From Escherichia coli (GTDB taxonomy: Bacteria > Pseudomonadota > Gammaproteobacteria > Enterobacterales > Enterobacteriaceae), in the NCBI RefSeq assembly GCF_022846255.1, contig NZ_AP025682.1: a DNA stretch of 64,000 nucleotides; one strand, given 5' to 3'. Below the pieces are notes generated by a model, which was given only the letters and a program-made list of their open reading frames with translations, was not told the DNA's origin and made no database searches. The position numbers were made by a program, and so were the translations under genes. Below, in pieces: positions 30,829 to 44,029 of this stretch; the first letter of the stretch is position 1; each line of letters starts with the position of its first letter.

Positions 30829-31542
30829 ATGCTGAAGATGATTAAAGATTTTAAATTCAAAAAATACATTAAAAAATTACGTGAAGAAGGTTTGTTTTTT
30901 TATGTTTCTTTCGGGTTTATATTAACATTGTTAATGGAAGTTGATGACCGATTACCGTACTATCTTCAACAAGACTTCTTTTTTGATACACTTATAGGAT
31001 TTATGCCAATCAATATACTCTTTGTTTTGATTTGCATAAATGCATTTTTCATTTTCGTCCACACACTTATTTCACCTTATAAAGGTCAAAGAGTTGGTGA
31101 GAAATTTCTCTCTGAACTTGATAAAAGAACGCAACAAATTGGCTTTATTATTTCATTCATATGTTTTGGCATGACATTGTTTTGTGCTCTGGCGTGGTTG
31201 CTGTTTTTTGAGATGAATACTGAAAGTTACTACGCAAAATATACATTAGATTTTTTGGCTGTTTTTATCATTATGATTATGTTTTCTTCAGCAGTTAATC
31301 CAGTCATGAGAAGAATATTCCAAAAAATGAAGGAATCGGACTCACATGGAAATTCAAAAATAATTCTTATAATTATAATCATTACATTATTGCTACTATT
31401 ACCAATTGCGTGCATTATCAATAAAAATAAAACAATTGAAATCAATATTAAGAAAGAAACTTATCAGCAAATAAAAGAAAAAACAAAGATGAAACCAGAA
31501 GATTATATCAAAAAATTGATTGCTGATATTAAATTCAACTAA
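30829..31542 (+). CDS. Hypothetical polytopic membrane protein (AT-rich, orphan)
   Basis: 237 aa; about 5 predicted TM helices; very AT-rich with atypical codon usage; AAGGAA RBS; no similarity recognised to any named family. Confidence 0.55.
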   Translation: MLKMIKDFKFKKYIKKLREEGLFFYVSFGFILTLLMEVDDRLPYYLQQDFFFDTLIGFMPINILFVLICINAFFIFVHTLISPYKGQRVGEKFLSELDKRTQQIGFIISFICFGMTLFCALAWLLFFEMNTESYYAKYTLDFLAVFIIMIMFSSAVNPVMRRIFQKMKESDSHGNSKIILIIIIITLLLLLPIACIINKNKTIEINIKKETYQQIKEKTKMKPEDYIKKLIADIKFN

Positions 31543-31545
31543 TAT

Positions 31546-31572
31546 CTATATGTACCCTAGTTTCTTCCTAGG
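31546..31572. repeat. AT-rich near-perfect inverted repeat (TATATGTACCCTAG-N7-CTAGGTACATATA)
   Basis: 13-14 bp arms with one-base bulge immediately after the membrane-protein stop; not followed by a T-run on the plus strand. Confidence 0.4.
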
Positions 31573-31617
31573 TACATATAAAAAGTTAATATCCTGATTT
31601 ATTCTCAACATCCCCCC

Positions 31618-31782
31618 TCACTCCACATCTTCCCTGCGTAACCCAATATCCCTCAACCGCTCATCACTCATCTGCTGTAACACCCGCCGGGCCTGCATTT
31701 GCCGCCGCCAACGCCTCACTGCCTGCCAGAGTTGTACGATGCCAGTAAACGGCGCTTTGGCTTTGTTTTCGTGAAATTCCAT
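31618..31782 (-). CDS. yjiS: DUF1127-family small protein
   Basis: 54 aa (MEFHENKAKAPFTGIVQLWQAVRRWRRQMQARRVLQQMSDERLRDIGLRREDVE) with GAGGAGG RBS; below the 60-aa cutoff of the ORF track; divergent from yjiR. Confidence 0.7.
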   Translation of the reverse strand: MEFHENKAKAPFTGIVQLWQAVRRWRRQMQARRVLQQMSDERLRDIGLRREDVE

Positions 31783-31958
31783 CTGCTGCCTCCTCATCTT
31801 TCAGAGGCTTCATCATCCGTCTTCTGGCAGTTCACAATACAGATGCAAATATTAGTTTTATTTAACATACAGACAGGTTAAAACAGCATCTGCATCCGGT
31901 TTTTTAGCCTCATCTGTACCGGTTTTTCTCTCTGTATGGTCCAAATAAGGAATACAGC

Positions 31959-33371
31959 ATGACGCGTTATCAACATCTGGCGACTCTACTTGCCGAGCGG
32001 ATTGAGCAAGGGCTGTATCGTCACGGGGAGAAATTGCCGTCGGTGCGCAGCTTAAGTCAGGAGCACGGCGTCAGTATTAGCACCGTGCAGCAGGCGTACC
32101 AGACGCTGGAGACGATGAAGCTCATCACTCCGCAGCCGCGTTCGGGTTATTTTGTCGCACAACGTAAAGCCCAGCCGCCAGTACCGCCGATGACGCGTCC
32201 GGTGCAGCGCCCGGTGGAAATTACCCAGTGGGATCAAGTGCTGGATATGCTGGAGGCGCATAGCGACAGTTCCATTGTTCCGTTAAGTAAAAGCACGCCG
32301 GATGTCGAAACGCCCAGCCTGAAACCGCTGTGGCGGGAGCTAAGCCGGGTGGTGCAGCATAATCTGCAAACCGTTCTCGGTTATGACTTGTTAGCCGGTC
32401 AGCGAGTGTTGCGAGAGCAGATTGCCCGCCTGATGCTCGACAGCGGCTCGGTGGTCACCGCCGATGACATCATTATCACCAGCGGCTGCCATAACTCGAT
32501 GTCGCTGGCGTTAATGGCGGTATGTAAACCGGGCGATATTGTCGCAGTCGAATCCCCCTGTTATTACGGTTCAATGCAGATGCTGCGCGGTATGGGCGTG
32601 AAAGTGATTGAAATCCCAACCGATCCAGAAACTGGCATCAGCGTTGAAGCGCTGGAACTGGCGCTGGAACAGTGGCCGATTAAAGGCATCATTCTGGTGC
32701 CAAACTGTAATAATCCGCTGGGATTTATTATGCCGGACGCACGCAAACGGGCCGTTCTCTCTCTCGCTCAGCGTCATGATATTGTGATTTTTGAAGATGA
32801 TGTCTACGGCGAACTGGCGACGGAGTATCCGCGCCCGCGGACCATTCATTCCTGGGATATCGACGGGCGAGTGCTGCTGTGCAGCTCGTTCAGTAAAAGT
32901 ATTGCACCTGGCCTGCGCGTGGGTTGGGTCGCACCGGGGCGTTATCACGATAAACTGATGCATATGAAATACGCCATCAGCAGCTTTAATGTGCCGTCCA
33001 CGCAAATGGCGGCGGCAACGTTTGTGCTGGAAGGTCACTATCATCGCCATATCCGGCGGATGCGGCAGATCTATCAGCGCAATCTGGCACTTTATACCTG
33101 CTGGATACGGGAATATTTTCCCTGCGAAATCTGTATTACGCGCCCGAAAGGCGGATTTTTACTGTGGATAGAATTGCCTGAACAGGTCGATATGGTCTGC
33201 GTCGCGCGGCAGCTGTGCCGCATGAAAATCCAGGTGGCAGCAGGCTCGATTTTCTCAGCTTCCGGCAAATACCGTAATTGTCTGCGCATCAACTGCGCTT
33301 TGCCGCTCAGCGAAACCTATCGCGAAGCACTGAAGCAAATTGGCGAAGCCGTGTATCGGGCAATGGAATGA
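31959..33371 (+). CDS. yjiR: MocR-family transcriptional regulator (GntR HTH + PLP-dependent aminotransferase-like domain)
   Basis: 470 aa; N-terminal GntR-type HTH, C-terminal fold-type I aminotransferase-like region. Confidence 0.85.
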   Translation: MTRYQHLATLLAERIEQGLYRHGEKLPSVRSLSQEHGVSISTVQQAYQTLETMKLITPQPRSGYFVAQRKAQPPVPPMTRPVQRPVEITQWDQVLDMLEAHSDSSIVPLSKSTPDVETPSLKPLWRELSRVVQHNLQTVLGYDLLAGQRVLREQIARLMLDSGSVVTADDIIITSGCHNSMSLALMAVCKPGDIVAVESPCYYGSMQMLRGMGVKVIEIPTDPETGISVEALELALEQWPIKGIILVPNCNNPLGFIMPDARKRAVLSLAQRHDIVIFEDDVYGELATEYPRPRTIHSWDIDGRVLLCSSFSKSIAPGLRVGWVAPGRYHDKLMHMKYAISSFNVPSTQMAAATFVLEGHYHRHIRRMRQIYQRNLALYTCWIREYFPCEICITRPKGGFLLWIELPEQVDMVCVARQLCRMKIQVAAGSIFSASGKYRNCLRINCALPLSETYREALKQIGEAVYRAME

Positions 33372-33485
33372 ATTCAAAATAGTGGCGAGCCCCCTGATTT
33401 CCTCTCACGAATAGCGTGTGACTCGTTTTATCTTTGCAGGGTCATCTCCACGTTCCAGCATGGCTTAGGCAAAATGCGCTTCGTT

Positions 33486-33586
33486 CATGCCGGATGCCAT
33501 GTGAACGCCTTACCAGGTCTACAAAATTTTTAAAGTTCAATATATTAAATGGGTTATGTAGACCTGATAAGCGTAGCGCATCAGGG
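33486..33586. repeat. Pair of inverted REP elements (BIME-like)
   Basis: GCCGGATGCCATGTGAACGCCTTACCAGGTCTAC and GTAGACCTGATAAGCGTAGCGCATCAGG units in opposite orientation. Confidence 0.5.
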
Positions 33587-33613
33587 TGCTTTGCGTTTGT
33601 CATCAGTCTCTGA

Positions 33614-34570
33614 TTAGTACTCGATCCATGGATCGCGCTTGCTTTCAGGCAAGGGCTGATCTAATGCCTGCATTTGCTCTGCCGAAAGTCCGGTATATCG
33701 TTGTATCCATTCAGGATCCGCCCCATTCTGCAACAACAATCGGAGGAGGCTCTTTTCCCCTTCTTCTTTCCCTTCTTTCCTCCCCCTCTCCCTTCCCAAT
33801 AGCCATCCATCATTATGAATTCGCTCTGCAATCGTCATTATTCGCTCCCTGTGTTGTGGCATTCGACTGGTTAGTTCGCTGATAAACTCTTTAAAACTCG
33901 CTTCATCGCCAGCCAGTAAAATGTAATTTAACAGCGCAGTTATCTGGCTGTCATTAGCACACTCTGTAACCAGTAATACTACCAGTTGGTCAATAAGCCC
34001 CATCAGATCGCGCTGGCGAATATGCTTTTGGATCAACTCCAACAGGGCGACTCTGCGATGCTGCACAATCTCGTCGTCTGGCACGACAGTGATATCCACC
34101 AGCGGGAACGCGGCGGTATAAAGCTTCCGTGCGGTAGTTGGGTCGGCAAATTCGTCCAGCCAGCACAAAGACCAGGGATAAGGGCTACGGCTACCGTGAT
34201 AAAACAGCATCGGGATGACCAGCGGTAGCTGCCGGCGTTTATCATGTTCGATATGGCGCTGCATCACCGCCATGGAATATCGCATCAGACGAAAGGCCAT
34301 ATGAATATCCTCACGGCTCTGATGTTCAATCACTACATAAATATAGCCATCGCCTTCACGGGTCTTTACCGACCACAGAATATCGGAATGTAGCGCCCGC
34401 AATTTTTCATCGACAAAGCTGGCGGATTCCAGTTTTAAGCTATCGAGATCGCACAGTTCACGTAAATCTTTGGGTAAGTGGATCTCCATAAAATCCCGCG
34501 CGGTGTCAGAGTGTGTGAGAAAGGATTTAAATAATGCGTCATGCGGCGTGCTGGTCGTAAAGTTTGTCAT
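33614..34570 (-). CDS. rpnD: Rpn-family recombination-promoting nuclease (PD-(D/E)xK, transposase_31-like)
   Basis: 318 aa starting [18 protein letters not shown] typical of YhgA/Rpn proteins; position corresponds to yjiP/yjiQ of E. coli K-12. Confidence 0.75.
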   Translation of the reverse strand: MTNFTTSTPHDALFKSFLTHSDTARDFMEIHLPKDLRELCDLDSLKLESASFVDEKLRALHSDILWSVKTREGDGYIYVVIEHQSREDIHMAFRLMRYSMAVMQRHIEHDKRRQLPLVIPMLFYHGSRSPYPWSLCWLDEFADPTTARKLYTAAFPLVDITVVPDDEIVQHRRVALLELIQKHIRQRDLMGLIDQLVVLLVTECANDSQITALLNYILLAGDEASFKEFISELTSRMPQHRERIMTIAERIHNDGWLLGRERGRKEGKEEGEKSLLRLLLQNGADPEWIQRYTGLSAEQMQALDQPLPESKRDPWIEY

Positions 34571-35036
34571 GGCGATCCGTCACCTGTAGATAAGATGGCC
34601 CAACTTTAGCGACTAACAAAGCCATTCACACCTGGCTATTTCCTATTCCCCGAGGCGGTTTCCAGGCTATTTTTATTCTTCTGCAAACGATACATTTTTC
34701 CGGAAACAGGCTCGCATTTTACATTTCCTGTACCCGGCAGATATTCCCCTTTCCACCGCACTCTTTTGATTAACCGCAAATTTTAATTACACTTAAGGTG
34801 TATATTTTCTATGCAACCCATCAATTCAAGAGGTGTAATGTGCTGATGACTATTTGTAATCGTTATACATTCTGACCCGAAGTCAGAAGGTATTTCTCTG
34901 TCTGTGTGTTCACAGGCAGTGTGGTTGATTACATGAAATTCAGTACATTTGTCCTTCTCGCCTGCCTTTCGTCATTACCGACGGTATTGAATTTCGTTTT
35001 CCCCATTGGGGTTCTCCGGACAAGGAGTAGTTTGTT

Positions 35037-36269
35037 ATGCCACGTTTTTTTGCCCGCCATGCCGCCACGCTGTTTTTCCCGATGGCGTTGATTTTGTATG
35101 ACTTTGCTGCGTATCTGTCGACGGACCTGATCCAGCCAGGGATCATTAATGTGGTCCGTGATTTTAATGCCGATGTCAGTCTGGCCCCGGCTGCCGTCAG
35201 TCTCTATCTCGCTGGAGGCATGGCATTGCAGTGGCTGCTGGGGCCGCTTTCCGACAGGATTGGCCGCAGGCCGGTGCTGATTAACGGGGCGTTAATTTTT
35301 ACCCTTGCCTGCGCCGCGACAATGTTCACCACGTCAATGACACAATTTCTTATCGCGCGTGCAATTCAGGGCACCAGTATCTGTTTTATTGCCACCGTTG
35401 GTTATGTCACGGTGCAGGAGGCGTTCGGACAGACAAAAGGGATCAAGTTGATGGCGATTATCACCTCCATCGTACTGATTGCGCCGATTATCGGCCCGCT
35501 TTCCGGCGCAGCTCTGATGCACTTTATGCACTGGAAAGTCCTTTTTGCCATCATTGCGGTTATGGGTTTTATCTCATTTGTCGGCTTGCTGCTGGCGATG
35601 CCAGAGACGGTGAAGCGCGGCGCGGTTCCGTTTAGCGCCAAAAGCGTCTTGCGCGATTTTCGTAATGTCTTTTGCAATCGGCTGTTCCTCTTTGGCGCAG
35701 CAACCATCTCTTTAAGCTATATCCCGATGATGAGCTGGGTGGCTGTCTCGCCGGTGATCCTTATCGATGCAGGCGGCTTAACAACTTCGCAGTTCGCCTG
35801 GACACAGGTTCCGGTGTTCGGCGCGGTGATTGTCGCGAATGCCATCGTGGCGCGTTTCGTTAAAGATCCGACCGAACCGCGGTTTATCTGGCGTGCCGTA
35901 CCCCTTCAACTGGTCGGCCTCTCGCTGTTGATTATCGGCAATCTGCTGTCGCCGCACGTCTGGCTGTGGTCGGTGCTGGGCACCAGTCTGTATGCTTTCG
36001 GGATTGGTTTGATTTTCCCGACCTTATTCCGCTTTACGCTGTTTTCCAATAACTTACCGAAAGGGACCGTCTCCGCATCGCTAAATATGGTGATCCTGAT
36101 GGTGATGTCTGTCTCGGTCGAAATCGGCCGCTGGCTGTGGTTTAACGGCGGTCGCTTGCCGTTTCATCTGTTAGCCGTTTTAGCGGGCGTTATCGTCGTT
36201 TTCACCCTGGCGGGATTGCTCAATCGCGTGCGCCAGCATCAGGCAGCCGAGCTAGTGGAGGAGCAGTGA
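35037..36269 (+). CDS. mdtM: MFS multidrug efflux transporter
   Basis: 410 aa 12-TM MFS protein; sequence matches MdtM (YjiO) as recalled. Confidence 0.9.
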   Translation: MPRFFARHAATLFFPMALILYDFAAYLSTDLIQPGIINVVRDFNADVSLAPAAVSLYLAGGMALQWLLGPLSDRIGRRPVLINGALIFTLACAATMFTTSMTQFLIARAIQGTSICFIATVGYVTVQEAFGQTKGIKLMAIITSIVLIAPIIGPLSGAALMHFMHWKVLFAIIAVMGFISFVGLLLAMPETVKRGAVPFSAKSVLRDFRNVFCNRLFLFGAATISLSYIPMMSWVAVSPVILIDAGGLTTSQFAWTQVPVFGAVIVANAIVARFVKDPTEPRFIWRAVPLQLVGLSLLIIGNLLSPHVWLWSVLGTSLYAFGIGLIFPTLFRFTLFSNNLPKGTVSASLNMVILMVMSVSVEIGRWLWFNGGRLPFHLLAVLAGVIVVFTLAGLLNRVRQHQAAELVEEQ

Positions 36270-36309
36270 TTTTTGCGCGATCCTGCCGTCAGGCTCTATT
36301 CTTAACGTT

Positions 36310-37590
36310 ATGAATAAACTCATTGAACTCAGACGCGCCAAAATGTTGGCGCTCTCTTTACTGCTTATCGCCGCTGCTACCTTTGTCGTTACGCTGTTTT
36401 TGCCGCCCAATTTTTGGGTGAGCGGCGTGAAGGCGATTGCTGAAGCGGCGATGGTCGGCGCGCTGGCGGACTGGTTTGCGGTGGTGGCGCTGTTTCGCCG
36501 CGTGCCGATTCCGATCATTTCTCGTCATACGGCGATTATCCCGCGTAATAAAGACCGGATTGGCGAAAATCTCGGTCAGTTCGTGCAGGAAAAATTTCTC
36601 GATACCCAATCGCTGGTGGCATTGATTCGACGTCACGAACCGGCGTTGTTGATTGGCAACTGGTTTAGTCAGCCGGAAAACGCCTGCCGCGTTGGTCAGC
36701 ATCTGTTGCAGATCATGAGCGGTTTTCTTGAACTGACCGATGATGCGCGTATTCAGCGCCTGCTTAAGCGCGCAGTCCATCGGGCGATTGATAAGGTCGA
36801 TCTCTCCGGCACCAGTGCGTTGATGCTGGAGAGTATGACCAAAAACGATCGTCATCAGGTGCTGCTCGATACGCTGATCGCACAGTTGATCGCCCTTCTC
36901 CAGCGCGATAAATCGCGCAAGTTTATTGCCCAGCAGATTGTTCGCTGGCTGGAGAGCGAGCATCCGCTAAAAGCCAAAATTTTGCCCACTGAATGGCTGG
37001 GCGAACATAGCGCGGAGTTAGTTTCTGACGCGGTGAATTCTTTGCTTGATGATATTAGTCGCGATCGTGCGCATCAGATCCGCCATGCGTTTGATCGCGC
37101 CACCTTTGCCCTGATCGACAAGCTGAAAAACGATCCTGAAATGGCAGCGCGAGCCGATGCCGTAAAAAGCTATCTGAAAGAAGATGAAGCTTTTAACCGC
37201 TATCTCAGTGAATTGTGGGGGGATTTACGGGAATGGCTGAAAGCGGATATCAACAGTGAAGATTCTCGTGTGAAAGAACGTATCGCACGAGCGGGTCAAT
37301 GGTTTGGCGAAACGTTAATTGCCGATGATGCCTTGCGGGCGTCGTTAAATGGTCATCTGGAACAAGCCGCGCACCGCGTTGCGCCTGAGTTTTCCGCATT
37401 CCTGACGCGCCACATCAGCGATACGGTAAAAAGCTGGGATGCGCAGGATATGTCGCGGCAAATCGAGTTAAATATCGGCAAAGATCTGCAGTTTATCCGT
37501 GTCAACGGTACGCTGGTTGGCGGTTGTATTGGGCTAATTTTGTATTTGCTTTCGCAGCTCCCGGCCTTGTTCCCCCTCGGCAATTTTTAG
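36310..37590 (+). CDS. yjiN: DUF445-family inner membrane protein
   Basis: 426 aa; conserved position between mdtM and yjiM. Confidence 0.8.
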   Translation: MNKLIELRRAKMLALSLLLIAAATFVVTLFLPPNFWVSGVKAIAEAAMVGALADWFAVVALFRRVPIPIISRHTAIIPRNKDRIGENLGQFVQEKFLDTQSLVALIRRHEPALLIGNWFSQPENACRVGQHLLQIMSGFLELTDDARIQRLLKRAVHRAIDKVDLSGTSALMLESMTKNDRHQVLLDTLIAQLIALLQRDKSRKFIAQQIVRWLESEHPLKAKILPTEWLGEHSAELVSDAVNSLLDDISRDRAHQIRHAFDRATFALIDKLKNDPEMAARADAVKSYLKEDEAFNRYLSELWGDLREWLKADINSEDSRVKERIARAGQWFGETLIADDALRASLNGHLEQAAHRVAPEFSAFLTRHISDTVKSWDAQDMSRQIELNIGKDLQFIRVNGTLVGGCIGLILYLLSQLPALFPLGNF

Positions 37591-37705
37591 AAATCCATGA
37601 AAAACTAAGTGGCTAACCGCGAGAGAGATCAAATAAACCACACTAAAAGAATGGTAATAATGTGGCCTCTTTTCATTATCTCCCGTGGTACGGGGAAGGA
37701 AAATC

Positions 37706-38857
37706 ATGTCACTTGTCACCGATCTACCCGCCATTTTCGATCAGTTCTCTGAAGCTCGCCAGAAAGGCTTTCTCACCGTCATGGATCTCAAGGAGCGCGG
37801 CATTCCGCTGGTTGGCACTTACTGCACCTTTATGCCGCAAGAGATCCCGATGGCAGCCGGTGCGGTTGTGGTTTCGCTCTGTTCCACCTCTGATGAAACC
37901 ATTGAAGAAGCCGAGAAAGATCTGCCGCGCAACCTCTGCCCGCTGATTAAAAGCAGCTACGGCTTTGGCAAAACCGATAAATGCCCCTACTTCTACTTTT
38001 CGGATCTGGTGGTCGGTGAAACCACCTGCGACGGCAAAAAGAAAATGTATGAATACATGGCGGAGTTTAAGCCTGTTCATGTGATGCAGCTGCCGAACAG
38101 CGTTAAGGACGATGCCTCGCGTGCATTGTGGAAAGCCGAGATGCTGCGCTTGCAAAAAACGGTAGAAGAACGTTTTGGGCACGAGATTAGCGAAGATGCT
38201 CTGCGCGATGCCATTGTGCTGAAAAACCGCGAACGTCGCGCACTGGCCAACTTTTATCATTTGGGGCAGTTAAATCCTCCAGCGCTTAGCGGCAGCGACA
38301 TTCTGAAAGTGGTCTACGGCGCAACCTTCCGGTTCGATAAAGAGGCGTTGGTTGACGAACTGGATGCAATGACCGCCCGCGTTCGTCAGCAGTGGGAAGA
38401 AGGCCAGCGACTGGACCCGCGTCCACGCATTTTAATCACCGGCTGCCCAATTGGCGGCGCAGCAGAGAAAGTGGTGCGCGCGATTGAAGAGAATGGCGGC
38501 TGGGTTGTCGGTTATGAAAACTGCACCGGGGCGAAAGCGACCGAGCAATGCGTGGCAGAAACGGGCGATGTCTACGACGCGCTGGCGGATAAATATCTGG
38601 CGATTGGCTGCTCCTGTGTTTCGCCGAACGATCAGCGCCTGCAAATGCTCAGCCAGATGGTTGAAGAATATCAGGTCGATGGCGTAGTTGATGTGATTTT
38701 GCAGGCGTGCCATACCTACGCGGTGGAATCGCTGGCGATTAAACGTCATGTGCGTCAGCAGCACAACATTCCTTATATCGCTATTGAAACAGACTACTCC
38801 ACCTCAGATGTCGGGCAGCTCAGCACCCGTGTCGCGGCCTTTATTGAGATGCTGTAA
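37706..38857 (+). CDS. yjiM: 2-hydroxyglutaryl-CoA dehydratase D-component-like protein
   Basis: About 383 aa from MSLVTDLPAIFDQ with AGGAA RBS; cysteine-containing HgdB-like family. Confidence 0.8.
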   Translation: MSLVTDLPAIFDQFSEARQKGFLTVMDLKERGIPLVGTYCTFMPQEIPMAAGAVVVSLCSTSDETIEEAEKDLPRNLCPLIKSSYGFGKTDKCPYFYFSDLVVGETTCDGKKKMYEYMAEFKPVHVMQLPNSVKDDASRALWKAEMLRLQKTVEERFGHEISEDALRDAIVLKNRERRALANFYHLGQLNPPALSGSDILKVVYGATFRFDKEALVDELDAMTARVRQQWEEGQRLDPRPRILITGCPIGGAAEKVVRAIEENGGWVVGYENCTGAKATEQCVAETGDVYDALADKYLAIGCSCVSPNDQRLQMLSQMVEEYQVDGVVDVILQACHTYAVESLAIKRHVRQQHNIPYIAIETDYSTSDVGQLSTRVAAFIEML

Positions 38858-38860
38858 GGA

Positions 38861-40813
<1,953 letters not shown>

Positions 40814-40880
40814 CAGGCTGGCATGTTTCACCTTTTTGTTATTAACTTGTTAACAGCAAAAATGACAAACAAGGTTAAAC

Positions 40881-42059
40881 ATGCCTTCGCCCTCGCATCC
40901 CGTAGAACGCTTTTCTTTCAGCACCGCGCTTTTCGGGATGCTGGTTCTGACCTTAGGTATGGGTTTAGGCCGCTTCCTTTATACACCTATGTTGCCCGTC
41001 ATGATGGCGGAAGGATCGTTCTCATTTAGCCAGCTCTCGTGGATTGCCAGCGGCAACTATGCGGGGTATCTGGCTGGCAGTCTGCTATTTTCTTTTGGCG
41101 CATTTCACCAGCCATCGCGCCTGCGCCCATTTCTGTTGGCTTCTGCCCTGGCGAGCGGGTTGTTGATCCTCGCAATGGCATGGTTGCCGCCATTTATTCT
41201 GGTGTTATTGATTCGCGTCCTGGCGGGTGTCGCCAGCGCCGGAATGCTGATTTTTGGTTCGACGCTGATTATGCAGCACACGCGCCATCCTTTTGTGCTG
41301 GCAGCTTTGTTTTCTGGCGTTGGCATTGGCATCGCACTGGGCAATGAATATGTTCTGGCAGGCCTGCATTTTGACCTCTCCTCGCAAACGTTATGGCAAG
41401 GCGCCGGGGCGCTTTCTGGCATGATGCTGATTGCACTTACGCTTTTAATGCCCTCGAAAAAACACGCCATCACACCAATGCCATTGGCAAAAACGGAGCA
41501 ACAGATAATGAGCTGGTGGTTACTGGCTATTCTGTACGGCCTGGCGGGATTTGGTTATATCATCGTCGCAACTTACCTGCCGCTCATGGCGAAAGATGCA
41601 GGCTCACCATTGTTAACCGCCCATCTCTGGACGTTAGTCGGCTTATCAATTGTGCCTGGTTGCTTTGGCTGGCTATGGGCAGCAAAACGTTGGGGGGCTT
41701 TGCCCTGCCTGACGGCGAATTTGCTGGTGCAGGCTATTAGTGTGTTGCTTACTCTCGCCAGCGACTCGCCTCTCTTGCTTATCATCAGCAGTCTTGGTTT
41801 TGGCGGTACCTTTATGGGCACGACATCTCTGGTGATGACTATCGCCCGCCAACTGAGCGTACCGGGAAATCTCAATCTTTTAGGCTTTGTGACGCTCATT
41901 TACGGCATTGGGCAAATTCTTGGCCCGGCGCTGACCAGTATGCTTGGCAATGGAACATCGGCGCTTGCCTGCGCCACTCTCTGCGGCGCGGCGGCGTTGT
42001 TTATTGCTGCGCTTATCAGCACAGCGCAATTATTTAAGCTGCAAGTGGTCACTTCATGA
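40881..42059 (+). CDS. yjiJ: MFS-family transporter
   Basis: 392 aa, about 12 TM helices. Confidence 0.8.
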   Translation: MPSPSHPVERFSFSTALFGMLVLTLGMGLGRFLYTPMLPVMMAEGSFSFSQLSWIASGNYAGYLAGSLLFSFGAFHQPSRLRPFLLASALASGLLILAMAWLPPFILVLLIRVLAGVASAGMLIFGSTLIMQHTRHPFVLAALFSGVGIGIALGNEYVLAGLHFDLSSQTLWQGAGALSGMMLIALTLLMPSKKHAITPMPLAKTEQQIMSWWLLAILYGLAGFGYIIVATYLPLMAKDAGSPLLTAHLWTLVGLSIVPGCFGWLWAAKRWGALPCLTANLLVQAISVLLTLASDSPLLLIISSLGFGGTFMGTTSLVMTIARQLSVPGNLNLLGFVTLIYGIGQILGPALTSMLGNGTSALACATLCGAAALFIAALISTAQLFKLQVVTS

Positions 42060-42071
42060 GGGAAGTTTCCC

Positions 42072-42626
42072 TTACCACTCAAGAAACTCAACCGCAACCG
42101 TTGATGTCAGCCAGACCCCGTTTTCCGCTTGCCAAAAAGGGATGCCTCGTTTCGCCATTTCCTGTGCTTTGACGGTTAAAATAACTGGCGATCCGTGTCT
42201 TGCTCCCACTTTGCGTGCCGTTGCTTCATCAGCAGAGAGATGCACGTAATGGCGCTCCCCTGCAATCAGCCCTTGTTTTTTTATCTCGTCAAGAAAACGG
42301 CTTGCCGTACCATGGTAGAGAAATTGTGGCGGTGTTTTTTCGATGAAGCCAATGGCGACCTGCGAAGTCGAATGCCCCTGAACGGCGCGAATACACGTAC
42401 CATCACTGGAATAACTAAAGCGCTTTTTATCGCTGGTAGCGACAACGATATCCAGTAATGCGCGGGTTAACCGCTTGCCCGCTTTTTGGGCACAGAGTAT
42501 GAGCTTATCGATATCCGCCCATCCTTCACGGTCCAGCACGATACCAATCGCCTCTGGTTTATGTCGGAGGACAAAACTTAAAAACTTGCTCGTCTCTGCC
42601 AGCTCTTTGTCGTTGTATTTTGCCAT
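42072..42626 (-). CDS. kptA: RNA 2'-phosphotransferase (Tpt1/KptA family)
   Basis: 184 aa from [25 protein letters not shown]; conserved Tpt1 HxT and R residues. Confidence 0.85.
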   Translation of the reverse strand: MAKYNDKELAETSKFLSFVLRHKPEAIGIVLDREGWADIDKLILCAQKAGKRLTRALLDIVVATSDKKRFSYSSDGTCIRAVQGHSTSQVAIGFIEKTPPQFLYHGTASRFLDEIKKQGLIAGERHYVHLSADEATARKVGARHGSPVILTVKAQEMAKRGIPFWQAENGVWLTSTVAVEFLEW

Positions 42627-42863
42627 CGCGTTTTCGTCCCTGGATTTTCTGTTTTTATTTACTGATGTCATTGTCACTGGGTTTATGAATTTTCTGCAAC
42701 TCAATCCTGCGCAGAACCTTTGCCACACAGCGTCATTTTTCCGCTATGCAAAAAACGCATAGCAAGAAACATACTTGCATTTTCCCCATACCCACATGAC
42801 TGATAAGGTTTTTCAGCTCCAGGAATTTTCCTGGCTCAAGCAACACACATACACAAAAAAACA

Positions 42864-43559
42864 ATGGGGATTGTTATGACACAACAAGGGGATGCTGTAG
42901 CTGGGGAGCTGGCGACAGAAAAAGTGGGTGTTAAAGGGTATCTGGCCTTTTTTCTCACGATTATCTTTTTTTCCGGAGTTTTTTCCGGGACAGACAGTTG
43001 GTGGCGCGTTTTTGACTTTTCCGTTCTGAACGGATCGTTTGGGCAACTGCCTGGTGCGAATGGCGCTACCACCTCGTTTCGCGGCGCAGGTGGCACAGGA
43101 GCTAAAGATGGCTTTCTCTTCGCACTGGAACTGGCTCCGTCAGTGATTCTCTCTCTGGGAATTATCTCGATTACCGATGGTCTTGGCGGATTGCGCGCCG
43201 CGCAGCAGTTAATGACGCCCGTGCTAAAACCGTTGTTGGGCATTCCAGGCATCTGTTCACTGGCGCTGATTGCTAACCTGCAAAACACCGATGCCGCCGC
43301 AGGTATGACCAAAGAACTGGCGCAGGAAGGGGAAATTACCGAACGTGATAAAGTGATATTCGCCGCCTATCAAACCAGCGGTAGCGCCATCATCACCAAC
43401 TACTTCTCTTCCGGCGTCGCGGTGTTTGCCTTTCTGGGCACGTCCGTAATCGTACCTTTAGCCGTCATCCTGGTGTTTAAATTTGTCGGAGCCAACATTT
43501 TGCGCGTCTGGCTTAACTTCGAAGAACGTCGCAACCCAACGCAAGGAGCGCAAGCATGA
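42864..43559 (+). CDS. yjiH: Nucleoside-recognition-domain membrane protein
   Basis: 231 aa (start may be a few codons downstream); stop overlaps yjiG start. Confidence 0.7.
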   Translation: MGIVMTQQGDAVAGELATEKVGVKGYLAFFLTIIFFSGVFSGTDSWWRVFDFSVLNGSFGQLPGANGATTSFRGAGGTGAKDGFLFALELAPSVILSLGIISITDGLGGLRAAQQLMTPVLKPLLGIPGICSLALIANLQNTDAAAGMTKELAQEGEITERDKVIFAAYQTSGSAIITNYFSSGVAVFAFLGTSVIVPLAVILVFKFVGANILRVWLNFEERRNPTQGAQA

Positions 43560-44017
43560 CAACTCAGGTCCGCAAAAACGTCATGGATATGTTTATTGAT
43601 GGCGCGCGCCGTGGCTTTACTATCGCTACCACCAACCTGCTGCCAAACGTGGTGATGGCCTTTGTCATCATCCAGGCGCTGAAAATTACTGGCCTGCTCG
43701 ACTGGGTGGGACATATCTGTGAACCCGTAATGGCGCTGTGGGGATTGCCCGGTGAAGCGGCAACCGTCCTTTTAGCCGCATTGATGAGCATGGGCGGCGC
43801 AGTCGGTGTTGCCGCCAGTCTGGCAACCGCTGGCGCATTAACCGGCCACGATGTCACCGTTTTACTGCCCGCGATGTATTTAATGGGCAACCCGGTGCAA
43901 AATGTCGGTCGCTGCCTGGGAACAGCCGAAGTGAATGCCAAATATTACCCGCATATCATTACGGTCTGCGTGATTAACGCATTGCTGTCGATCTGGGTTA
44001 TGCAGCTTATTGTTTAA
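43556..44017 (+). CDS. yjiG: SpmB-like inner membrane protein
   Basis: 153 aa; ATGA coupling with yjiH. Confidence 0.7.
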   Translation: MTTQVRKNVMDMFIDGARRGFTIATTNLLPNVVMAFVIIQALKITGLLDWVGHICEPVMALWGLPGEAATVLLAALMSMGGAVGVAASLATAGALTGHDVTVLLPAMYLMGNPVQNVGRCLGTAEVNAKYYPHIITVCVINALLSIWVMQLIV

Positions 44018-44029
44018 CAAGGAGTTACC

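Noticed and set aside
31699-31881. 60-aa plus-strand ORF between the membrane-protein gene and yjiR
   Set aside because: It overlaps, in antisense, the well-supported 54-aa DUF1127 gene (yjiS) that has a strong RBS; the plus-strand ORF has none.
33700-33800. Polypyrimidine/CT-rich tract (ccttcttctttcccttctttcctccccctctccc) resembling a simple repeat
   Set aside because: Lies inside rpnD and encodes the Glu/Lys-rich [11 protein letters not shown] segment on the minus strand; a coding low-complexity region rather than an intergenic repeat element.
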